A DNA stretch of 14,106 bases from positions 1 to 14,106 of the IMG/VR virus record IMGVR_UViG_2563366844_000002. One strand, written 5' to 3'. The notes below the pieces were generated by a model that was given only the letters and a program-made list of their open reading frames with translations, searched no databases and was not told the origin of the DNA. A program made the translations under genes and the position numbers. Source of the DNA: a virus (lineage: Duplodnaviria; Heunggongvirae; Uroviricota; Caudoviricetes). Shown here in pieces: positions 7,418 through 14,106 of this stretch (its first letter is position 1; every line of letters starts with the position of its first letter).

Positions 7418-7840
7418 CTAAAAGGGTATGTTATCCCCGTATGGATCATCATTCCCCGCCTGTTGCTTAGCCCTATTTAGAGCGTCAGTAGCCTGACCCT
7501 GCTGGCCTTTTTTGCCACTAGGTCGCGCCGTTCTGGCACTGATTACGCTGTCTGCGATAACCTGCCAGCCCTGCCGCGTTTCCCCGTTCTGGCCTGTCCA
7601 CTGGCTTACCTGCATGTTACCCGCCACGCTCACCAGCTCGCCTTTGTGGTGTTTTGCCAGTGCGTCGGCCTGTCTGCCAAACGCCAGGACGGATAACCAC
7701 ATCGTCGCCTGTCCGTCATCTGCCTGATTGCACGGCAGGGGGACCGCCATGCTTGCCATAGCCATTTGTGTGCCCTTGCTGGTGGTCTTTAACTGCGGGT
7801 CAGCCACCAGCCGCCCGTAAGCTGCTATCTGTGCTGTCAT
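7418..7840 (-). CDS. ssb: Single-stranded DNA-binding protein (SSB-like OB fold)
   Basis: 140 aa; the N-terminal pattern (AAYGRLVADPQLK ... WLSVLAFGRQADALAKHHKGELVSVAGNMQVSQWTGQNGETRQGWQVIADSV) parallels the bacterial SSB OB fold. C-terminal DDPYGDNIPF resembles the conserved acidic D-I-P-F tail. Confidence 0.75.
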   Translation of the reverse strand: MTAQIAAYGRLVADPQLKTTSKGTQMAMASMAVPLPCNQADDGQATMWLSVLAFGRQADALAKHHKGELVSVAGNMQVSQWTGQNGETRQGWQVIADSVISARTARPSGKKGQQGQATDALNRAKQQAGNDDPYGDNIPF

Positions 7841-7902
7841 GCTGTCTGTTCTCCGGTTTTAACGTTGATAGTTACGCTTGTTTACACCCTTACGGTGAAA
7901 TT

Positions 7903-8029
7903 CTGCGGGTTATAATCGCACTTTTGCGGGTTATAACTGCCGTTTTGCGGGTTACGTGCGGGTTATTGATTTCCTTTTTATTCATACAGTTAATTCACTT
8001 ACACACAGGATAACCCGCATAACCCGCAA
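7903..8029. repeat. Origin-like iteron cluster: 4 direct repeats, AT-rich spacer, 2 inverted repeats of TTGCGGGTTA
   Basis: Copies at 7903-7912, 7924-7933 and 7945-7954 (21-bp spacing) and 7956-7965, then a 44-bp AT-rich stretch (7966-8009), then inverted copies TAACCCGCA(T) at 8011-8020 and TAACCCGCAA at 8020-8029. Lies immediately 3' of the primase gene. Confidence 0.75.
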
Positions 8030-8051
8030 CTTTTCACCTCACACAGGGGAG

Positions 8052-10175
8052 TTAATCTTCTGCCTCAGGCTGGAACATCATCACGTAAAAAACATGCTGC
8101 TTACCCCCAATTTTGCCGAGCGCCTTTTTCTTGTAACGGCGATCGTTACCCGCTTCCAGCATTCCGGCAGCACTCAACGCGCGGGCAAAGTGGGACGGGT
8201 TAAATCCCTGTGCGATCTCCCCCTCAAACACATGAGGAAACGTGTAAAAACGGAACTCATCATCTTCATTTCTGATACTCCCCTTTCTGTATCCGGCAAG
8301 GTCTTTAATCGGTAAATCACGTTCATCACTGTTTGGGTAAGGAAGGTATCGACTGAACCCGAACGACGACAAAAACGCCTCAGCCTGTTCAACCATCTGT
8401 TTAAATTCCCTGTTACCCGTGCCGAACTCCTTCACCCAGGCATTAAAGTTATGCTGTATTGCGTCCCGGCATTCCTGCGCGGCCCAGCCAGTTACATGAC
8501 CGGAAAGCACAAGCGCAGCCTCCAGTATCGCGAAACGTTCCCCCACGCGGTGGACCTGCTCGCCGTAGCTCTCCGGTATCAGGTTGCGCCACCGTTCGCG
8601 GCATTCCCTTACCGTATCCTTTGCCTCCTGCTGGTGGTCTGCCAGCCATTTAACCCATTCACGACCCGCCGCCCCGTGATTTTCTGTCCAGGCATCTTTT
8701 AACGCGTCTGCGTGCGCCTTTCCGGTGCTGTATTCGTGAAATTGCGTGGCTTTTTCCATCGGAACGTTAAGCAGGCGGACAAGCTGCCCCGCTTTGACTT
8801 TTATCCCCTCCGTTTTGAGGAATGTCTCAACGTCCATTTCTCCGGTGCTGATTGCCACCGTGCGCCAGTGTTTTATCTCCCGGTTGCCGCCGTCCTTCGC
8901 CCCCTGTAATTTCCCGGAGCCGTTAAACAACGTATAGGCTGACGTGGACACCTCCCGCGCGTTTCCGGCCTGACCTATTTCATCCAGGGGTAACAGCCCG
9001 TCGTTGTGTGCCTCTGCCTCGTTGGCGATACCTAACGCCGTTCCGTACCAGGTAAGCCGTTGTGCGTCCGGCTCTCCCCATAAACTTGATGCGATGTTCT
9101 GCGTGGTGGTTTTCCCTGCCGATGACTGTTCGAAAAGATGTACCCCGAAGCCGTCAGCACCAACAAGGCCAATCAAAGGTGCTGACAGTGACGTGGCAAC
9201 ACCCAGCATCATGGACGGATTGCCACCAGCCAGCCGCGCCACGCTGTCACGCCAGCCCTCCGCCGTACCCGCAACCGAATAGCCATTAACAGCGGCACTT
9301 TTTCCGGTAAACAGGATCGGTTTTTCAGAATCACCAATGATTGAACCGTCCGGCATGATGTACGCGCCAAAATGCCAGCCTGTTGTTGTGCTTAGCTGCC
9401 ATTCCTCATGGCTTCCGCTTAACTGCATCCAGTCAGCCAGGATAGCCCTGTATTTGCCATTTGTTGTCACGTTCAGCCCGTGATCTTTAAGCAACCGCCA
9501 GCCGTCACGGTCGCCAATGCCACCACACGGGATCGCCATTGTGATGACTTCATGGTTTGCTAATTTTTTCCAGCGCATCACGCGGTAATGTTCTTTACCG
9601 ATCGTCCCCGTTCCCAGTAGTTCAAGCGGAGAACATAACCACGTCTCAGGCCGGATAATTTCGCCTGACTGCTTATCCACTTTGGGCGTTACCCAGAAAA
9701 CACCATCGACGCGACTTTCAACGCGGGGCTTTAATTCATCATCCTGATAGCATGGCTCTTTTTTCTTTACAGGCAGTTCAACTACCTTTTTCTTTTCCGC
9801 CAGCTCTGCCCGTTCACGTTCCAGATATTCACGCCAGTTCTCCCGTTTCTGGCTGTGCATTCCTTCAGGGTAATAATCAGCATCCCTGACACCTGCCGCT
9901 GCCAGTTTCTGCCCGATGGTATTAACAACCCCCGGACGCAATAACCCCGCCTGATAGAGACGCACGCGATAGCGCCCGTCCGGTACGATTTGCAGCTTAT
10001 CCAGTTCGGATAACTGCTGCTCACCAAGCCACACAGGAGGCACGTTATCGCCAGCCAGTCGCCCGTCCTGTTCCTGCCACTGCTTCGCATGTGCCCACGC
10101 ATCACTACCCGCAAAAATGATGACTTCCGTCATTTTGTCACGCGGCTGGTGTTTTAAATTTGGCGCTTTTTTCAT
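8052..10175 (-). CDS. Replication protein, primase/helicase-like with P-loop NTPase (Pri-Rep-like)
   Basis: About 707 aa from the ATG at 10175-10173 (preceded by GGAGAGAG). Walker A-like motif SSAGKTT in the central region and an N-terminal region that looks toprim/primase-like. ATGA overlap with the upstream 99-aa ORF. Confidence 0.75.
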   Translation of the reverse strand: MKKAPNLKHQPRDKMTEVIIFAGSDAWAHAKQWQEQDGRLAGDNVPPVWLGEQQLSELDKLQIVPDGRYRVRLYQAGLLRPGVVNTIGQKLAAAGVRDADYYPEGMHSQKRENWREYLERERAELAEKKKVVELPVKKKEPCYQDDELKPRVESRVDGVFWVTPKVDKQSGEIIRPETWLCSPLELLGTGTIGKEHYRVMRWKKLANHEVITMAIPCGGIGDRDGWRLLKDHGLNVTTNGKYRAILADWMQLSGSHEEWQLSTTTGWHFGAYIMPDGSIIGDSEKPILFTGKSAAVNGYSVAGTAEGWRDSVARLAGGNPSMMLGVATSLSAPLIGLVGADGFGVHLFEQSSAGKTTTQNIASSLWGEPDAQRLTWYGTALGIANEAEAHNDGLLPLDEIGQAGNAREVSTSAYTLFNGSGKLQGAKDGGNREIKHWRTVAISTGEMDVETFLKTEGIKVKAGQLVRLLNVPMEKATQFHEYSTGKAHADALKDAWTENHGAAGREWVKWLADHQQEAKDTVRECRERWRNLIPESYGEQVHRVGERFAILEAALVLSGHVTGWAAQECRDAIQHNFNAWVKEFGTGNREFKQMVEQAEAFLSSFGFSRYLPYPNSDERDLPIKDLAGYRKGSIRNEDDEFRFYTFPHVFEGEIAQGFNPSHFARALSAAGMLEAGNDRRYKKKALGKIGGKQHVFYVMMFQPEAED

Positions 10176-10471
10176 TTCTGCTCTCTCCACGCGGCAATCA
10201 TGTTTTTCAGTTCCTGTAGTTTTTTATCAACATCCATACATGACACATGGTTATTTCTGGAAAGCGGGATTTCCCGCCGGAATCTGCAAATAAAGATCTC
10301 CACGTTCAGCGAACTATGAAATGAATAGCCATCACGAATAAAATACACACGGTCAAACATCAGTCCTTTTACCGTTACTCTGTTACCGTTCTTATCCAGA
10401 TAAATAGCGCCGGGGATAATTTTGGGGTGTGCATAACCGCTGGCAGTCAAGCCAGATAAATATGTTCTCAT
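10172..10471 (-). CDS. Hypothetical 99-aa basic protein (AT-rich gene)
   Basis: ATG at 10471-10469 with GGGGA upstream. Stop overlaps the primase start (ATGA). Local GC is visibly lower than flanking genes. No family recognised. Confidence 0.55.
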   Translation of the reverse strand: MRTYLSGLTASGYAHPKIIPGAIYLDKNGNRVTVKGLMFDRVYFIRDGYSFHSSLNVEIFICRFRREIPLSRNNHVSCMDVDKKLQELKNMIAAWREQK

Positions 10472-10477
10472 GATTAT

Positions 10478-10798
10478 TTATCCCCGATTTGAATCAGTAT
10501 TCGCTTTCTTTATGGCATTTAATGCATCTGCAGCATTTTCAATGGTGCACCGTAACGAAATATCAAACTGCCCAAGCATTGCCAGTAACAAACCGATATT
10601 ACCCATATCAATGCGCATAGCCTTTTCGTCATAGTCCTCATTTTCTGACGCATGCCACATCAGGCTACCAATTGACGCAATACCCATTGATATATTGTCA
10701 GTAGCCCCATACGCAGCGGAATAAACCTTTTTAGCAATATCATGCTCACAGTTAAAATGCGGATTAATCAGGTACTGGTAATTTGACATATCAGGCAT
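10478..10798 (-). CDS. Hypothetical 106-aa acidic protein (AT-rich gene)
   Basis: ATG at 10798-10796 preceded by AGGGGG at SD distance; 8-nt overlap with the upstream small ORF. No family recognised. Confidence 0.55.
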   Translation of the reverse strand: MPDMSNYQYLINPHFNCEHDIAKKVYSAAYGATDNISMGIASIGSLMWHASENEDYDEKAMRIDMGNIGLLLAMLGQFDISLRCTIENAADALNAIKKANTDSNRG

Positions 10799-10994
10799 GG
10801 CACACCCCCTGACGAATACGGGCGGCGAATACCATCACGCAGCCAGCCGGGGATTGCTGGCGTGCTTCCTGTTCGCTGGTGGCCTCAATGGTAATCACGC
10901 GCGGTTGTGCCGTGCTCAGGGCGATAAAACGCCAGATGTATTTATTCAGGTTGTGCGAGTCCCGCCCTTGCGGGTGTGTGGTATGATTTAACAT
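10791..10994 (-). CDS. Possible 67-aa protein (3' portion of the long ORF 10791..11456)
   Basis: Internal ATG at 10994-10992 is preceded by GAGG with a 5-nt spacer. Its stop overlaps the start of the 106-aa ORF. The upstream part of the 221-aa ORF is rejected (see noticed_but_rejected). Confidence 0.35.
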   Translation of the reverse strand: MLNHTTHPQGRDSHNLNKYIWRFIALSTAQPRVITIEATSEQEARQQSPAGCVMVFAARIRQGVCHA

Positions 10995-11029
10995 AGCTAC
11001 CTCGATACTGTTGCTATCGTTGGTGGTTA

Positions 11030-11064
11030 GAAGCCCGGTTAGTGTTCCCGCACTGCCGGGCTTC
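11030..11064. promoter_or_regulatory. Inverted repeat GAAGCCCGG-N17-CCGGGCTTC in the divergent regulatory region
   Basis: 9-bp perfect arms at 11030-11038 and 11056-11064. No U-run on either side, so it is more likely a protein-binding site or RNA structure than a terminator. Confidence 0.3.
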
Positions 11065-11094
11065 GCTGTATTTAATGGTTGCGTATTTTTAATG

Positions 11095-11139
11095 TGGTAC
11101 GTACCATTTGATTTCAGTTTATAACGATGGTACGTACCA
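11095..11139. promoter_or_regulatory. Two identical 12-bp perfect palindromes TGGTACGTACCA (operator candidates)
   Basis: Copies at 11095-11106 and 11128-11139, centres 33 bp apart. The second abuts the ATG of the plus-strand RHH gene at 11140. AT-rich -10-like hexamers on both strands lie between them (around 11118-11125). Confidence 0.6.
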
Positions 11140-11322
11140 ATGCAAGAAGAAAATGTGAAACCAAAATTTGATCGCTCCGGCAGCACAAAGAAAAACATCC
11201 GCTTCGAAGACACATTGTTGCAACAAATTAACGAAGTTGCAGGGCCTGGTAATTTCAGCTCATGGGTAAAAAATGCTTGTCGTGATAAGCTACGCAAAGA
11301 AGGCATAGAACCCAAAGGCTGA
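11140..11322 (+). CDS. Small ribbon-helix-helix-like DNA-binding protein (putative regulator), divergent from the replication operon
   Basis: 60 aa; KKNIRFEDTLLQQINEVAG...NFSSWVKNACRDKLRKEG fits a beta-strand plus two-helix RHH layout. It has its own downstream plus-strand terminator at 11417-11446. No clear SD, so possibly leaderless. Confidence 0.5.
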   Translation: MQEENVKPKFDRSGSTKKNIRFEDTLLQQINEVAGPGNFSSWVKNACRDKLRKEGIEPKG

Positions 11323-11416
11323 CAGCCAACCAGCAAGCCAGCACACTGATCACATTGCCCACCAGCCGCAAATGTGGCATTGTTGGTGATGCGTTCAAGT
11401 TTAGTGTGTATCCATT

Positions 11417-11446
11417 GGCGACCGCCCCCGGTCGCCTTTGTTTTAT
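11417..11446 (+). terminator. Rho-independent terminator downstream of the RHH gene
   Basis: Stem GGCGACCG (11417-11424) / CGGTCGCC (11429-11436) with a 4-nt loop, followed by TTTGTTTTAT (11437-11446). There is no U-run in the minus orientation. Confidence 0.6.
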
Positions 11447-11461
11447 GTGCCATCACTCCCC

Positions 11462-11665
11462 CTATGCTGCCTTACCTGAATTAACTCGGTCACGGTTTTG
11501 CACCCAGTCCATAACTTCGGAAAGCAACCAACCTACAGAACGCCCACCAAGATTACGGCGAGACGGAAAGCTCCCTTTTTTCTCCAGTTCATAGCGAGTG
11601 GTACGGCTAACCCCGGTTAACTTACTGCATTCAGCCTCACGGATTATGCGGTCAAATTGAGCCAT
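11462..11665 (-). CDS. alpA: AlpA-family transcriptional regulator
   Basis: From the ATG at 11665-11663 the 67-aa product MAQFDRIIREAECSKLTGVSRTTRYELEKKGSFPSRRNLGGRSVGWLLSEVMDWVQNR has the typical AlpA HTH pattern. Start is preceded by GGGGGGAGTG. Confidence 0.8.
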   Translation of the reverse strand: MAQFDRIIREAECSKLTGVSRTTRYELEKKGSFPSRRNLGGRSVGWLLSEVMDWVQNRDRVNSGKAA

Positions 11666-11675
11666 CACTCCCCCC

Positions 11676-11864
11676 TTACACCGTCTGCGTTCTGCGAGTG
11701 GATGCAAGATAAGCATCGAGATCAGTGCGCATATACAGCACTTTGCGCCCCAGCTTATGAAAAGGGATTTTTACCTTGCCAGTACACGCCCAGTTAGCAA
11801 GAGTCTGGACACTTACCCCCAAATGCTCGGCAGCTTCTTTGCGGGTCATCTTTTCTAAATGCAT
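11676..11864 (-). CDS. Excisionase-family (MerR-like HTH) DNA-binding protein
   Basis: KEAAEHLGVSVQTLANWACTGKVKIPFHKLGRKVLYMRTDLDAYLAS fits the excisionase/HTH_17 pattern. ATG at 11864 is preceded by GGTGA; alternative starts are GTG at 11873 or ATG at 11849. Confidence 0.7.
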   Translation of the reverse strand: MHLEKMTRKEAAEHLGVSVQTLANWACTGKVKIPFHKLGRKVLYMRTDLDAYLASTRRTQTV

Positions 11865-11936
11865 GAGTATCACCGTATACTTCTGATTAAGAACAGGTAT
11901 ACGTTATTTAGCGATGGGGAAGTCTTGAAGACAGGA

Positions 11937-11966
11937 AAACCAGATACAAAATCGCATATCTGGTTT
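11937..11966. other. 10-bp-arm inverted repeat AAACCAGATA-N10-TATCTGGTTT (candidate terminator for the int-cargo transcript, or operator)
   Basis: Arms at 11937-11946 and 11957-11966. On the minus strand it is followed by UUUCCUGUCUU. Sits 40 bp downstream of the AT-rich cargo ORF and upstream of the excisionase-family gene. Confidence 0.3.
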
Positions 11967-12005
11967 ACATGGCTGAAATCTGGATTACAGAGGATAAAAC
12001 TGGAT

Positions 12006-12692
12006 TTATTCTTTGTCTCCAATAACTAACTTAAAATCCCTGTTTTTTTGCGGGGATTTTGGATTCATCCCCGACTCCTTAAGCCATCTCTCTATAGTCC
12101 CAACTACAGGGACATCATTCCATTTATTGCGTAAGTGCGCGTATATCTCTGCGGATAGCCCGGGTAAACTGGCATTAGGGTATTTTTTCCAAGTGTTACA
12201 AGCTATAGATAACGCTGTTGATTTATGCCTGTTTGTTTTTCCTTTCTTTGCTTTACTACGGTCTTCACTGATAATTTTCTTTACATTAGCTATATCACGT
12301 ACTGATTTTAATAAATTCTCCGACACTAAAATCGCATATCTTTCACGTAACTGATCTGCAAGTCTGTTGAAACCAAGAACTTCAAATATAATGGCAGCTT
12401 TCAAAATATCATTGAATTCTGAATATGCACTATTAAATTTTTTATCAAAATCATCTCCATATCCGGCACATACAGAAATATTAACCTTTAAATCCTTATT
12501 TTCTATCTCTGACGATAATGATAATCTTTCCTCCAGAGACATTTTAGATGGTGTGATATTTGCCATATCGCATATCGTTTTTTTTACAAAAGAAGACGCC
12601 AGTTCATCTCTAATATAATCTGCAATAGTATTCATATCCTTCGCATCATTATGGTCAAATTCTATTGCAGCAATGATTTTATTTTCTGACAT
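12006..12692 (-). CDS. Hypothetical 228-aa protein, strongly AT-rich (putative accessory/cargo gene)
   Basis: ATG at 12692-12690 preceded by GGTGG; start overlaps the integrase stop by 14 nt. GC is markedly lower than the rest of the element by eye. No family recognised; the C-terminal third may be helix-rich/HTH-like (weak impression). Confidence 0.7.
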   Translation of the reverse strand: MSENKIIAAIEFDHNDAKDMNTIADYIRDELASSFVKKTICDMANITPSKMSLEERLSLSSEIENKDLKVNISVCAGYGDDFDKKFNSAYSEFNDILKAAIIFEVLGFNRLADQLRERYAILVSENLLKSVRDIANVKKIISEDRSKAKKGKTNRHKSTALSIACNTWKKYPNASLPGLSAEIYAHLRNKWNDVPVVGTIERWLKESGMNPKSPQKNRDFKLVIGDKE

Positions 12693-14106
12693 TCAAACCA
12701 CCATTTGAATTAACGATACTAAATAGTAATGCGCGTTTCTCACTGTCACTCATACTCTCCAGTGCGGAAAGCAATTGCGCATCGATAGATTTTTTACTCT
12801 CCACCAGCCCGGCATGTTCCAGAATTGCCCGTTCTATCCGTGACGCTGGCTCCAGCAGTTCATCAGCACCAAAATGTAAATACCCCTGCGTTACGTCAGC
12901 ACTTCGCATAGTACGGTGATTCATCAGGCGCTTGAGGATGTAATTGCCCACGCCCACCAGTTCGGCAACCGTTCCGAACGTCCGGCGTGCATCGTGCCAT
13001 TTGAATGGTACAGGGGAGAGCATTTCATCGTTCGACTCTGGAACAGTAGCCGCGCTTATCCGGTCTATGATGTGCCGTGTTTCCTGAATCACTCCCTTCA
13101 CACCAGGAAACACCAGAACATCATCAGCGTTTTTTATTTTCAGTCGGCGGTGGAACATTTCCCGCAACGTATCAGTAATCGGTAATTCGAGCGGATCCCC
13201 GTTTTTCGTGGTGTCTATCCAGAAAAAACGACCGCCCATATTCACGCGATCCCACGTAAGGCCAAAAATTTCTGATTTCCTCAGTCCGGTAAAAAGCGCC
13301 ATTTCCACGGCATCGCATACCGTCACCGCTATATCATCCCTTTCCTGTTCGCCCTGGTCGCGCACAGCAGCTACAGCAGCAAACCAGCGGGGAAAATCAT
13401 GCAGGCGGATACGTTCCGTTTTTCTTACCGTTCCGTGCCACTGGCGCTTGGTGCTCAGTACCAGAGTCGGCGGATCCGGTAAAAGAGTATTACCCGCATC
13501 ATCACGGTAATGATCATGCGCAAACCGACACACAGCACGTAGCGCACGCGCCCATAAATCGGCCTGTGCCTTGCTTCCTGTACCAACCCCAGCCCGTAAC
13601 GTGGTTTTATCAGCACCGAACCATACAGCCCCATCAGTGATGGCCTTATGCCGTTGTTCCACCCGTTCGCGGGAAATACTGGCGAGGGTATGGGCCATCC
13701 AGTCACCGGAATAATTCTGTAATATGCTGCGGTACTGTTTTTCTGTGGCGGGTTTCAGGCGGTGGCCACGATTTTTTACGTAGGCGTCAATCGCCTCACT
13801 CAGCGTTATCATGGCCTTGTTGTTAGTGCGCTTTGCTATGTTCGGATTTATCCCCGTTGTGGCGACTTCGCCAAGGAGTTCCATAGCTTTAGCCCTGGCA
13901 TTATCCACGCTCAGATCAGGAAAACGCCCCAGCGTTGCACGAATAAATTTTCCGTTACGCTTACGGGAAATGCAGAAACTTTTCACACCAGACGAACCTA
14001 CACGGACACGCAGCCCGTTAACCTCCGTATCACCATATTCGACCTGTCCATGTTCCGGCGTTGGCAGTTCTGCAATTTTTACTTTAGAGAATCTGAATAA
14101 TTTCAC
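12679..14106 (-). CDS. int: Tyrosine integrase (phage integrase family); 5' end at or beyond the window edge
   Basis: N-terminal arm-type pattern (KIAELPTPEHGQVEYGDTEVNGLRVRV...KSFCISRKRNGKFIRATLGRFPDLSVDNARAKA) and C-terminal catalytic residues (R in TGLRKSE, H-x-x-R in HDARRTF, Tyr in GYLHF). The ORF is open to position 14106, where the first codon is GTG, so the true start may lie outside the window. Confidence 0.9.
   Translation of the reverse strand: MKLFRFSKVKIAELPTPEHGQVEYGDTEVNGLRVRVGSSGVKSFCISRKRNGKFIRATLGRFPDLSVDNARAKAMELLGEVATTGINPNIAKRTNNKAMITLSEAIDAYVKNRGHRLKPATEKQYRSILQNYSGDWMAHTLASISRERVEQRHKAITDGAVWFGADKTTLRAGVGTGSKAQADLWARALRAVCRFAHDHYRDDAGNTLLPDPPTLVLSTKRQWHGTVRKTERIRLHDFPRWFAAVAAVRDQGEQERDDIAVTVCDAVEMALFTGLRKSEIFGLTWDRVNMGGRFFWIDTTKNGDPLELPITDTLREMFHRRLKIKNADDVLVFPGVKGVIQETRHIIDRISAATVPESNDEMLSPVPFKWHDARRTFGTVAELVGVGNYILKRLMNHRTMRSADVTQGYLHFGADELLEPASRIERAILEHAGLVESKKSIDAQLLSALESMSDSEKRALLFSIVNSNGGLNVRK

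Noticed and set aside
29-8029. CRISPR array
   Set aside because: The repeats are 10-bp units at 21-bp or shorter spacing with no spacer-sized unique intervals and no cas genes. They are interpreted as iterons.
7956-8315. Plus-strand 119-aa ORF spanning the origin and the primase 3' end
   Set aside because: It translates the iteron repeats and is antisense to the primase.
10791-11456. Minus-strand 221-aa ORF as a full-length gene
   Set aside because: It would read through the plus-strand terminator hairpin (11417-11446), both 12-bp operator palindromes and antisense across the RHH gene, and has an odd Cys/Ser/Thr-rich composition. Only the 3' 67 codons with their own RBS were kept, as a low-confidence CDS.

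Overview
The whole 14.1-kb window reads as one phage-satellite-like mobile element, encoded almost entirely on the minus strand. It is most consistent with a capsid-forming phage-inducible chromosomal island (cfPICI-type) from an enterobacterium; this is inference from gene content and roughly 50-55% GC judged by eye. Reading the minus strand from 14106 down to 1: tyrosine integrase (5' end at the window edge), a strongly AT-rich cargo ORF, an excisionase-family HTH gene and alpA, a divergent plus-strand ribbon-helix-helix gene with two palindromic operators and its own terminator, three small ORFs (two AT-rich), a primase/replication protein with a Walker A motif, an iteron origin, SSB, a small ORF, an intrinsic terminator, then a separate promoter and a head/packaging operon (HK97-type major capsid, prohead protease, portal, gp6-like connector, HNH, candidate cos site, TerS, TerL, small ORF) and a second distal iteron cluster. 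No tail, lysis, tRNA, rRNA or CRISPR features were seen. All protein assignments come from reading the supplied translations for family-typical motifs; no database search or computation was run, so family names are recognition-level calls. The most interesting items are the AT-rich cargo genes, the bipartite iteron arrangement, phased direct repeats upstream of the capsid-operon promoter, and a candidate cos site.
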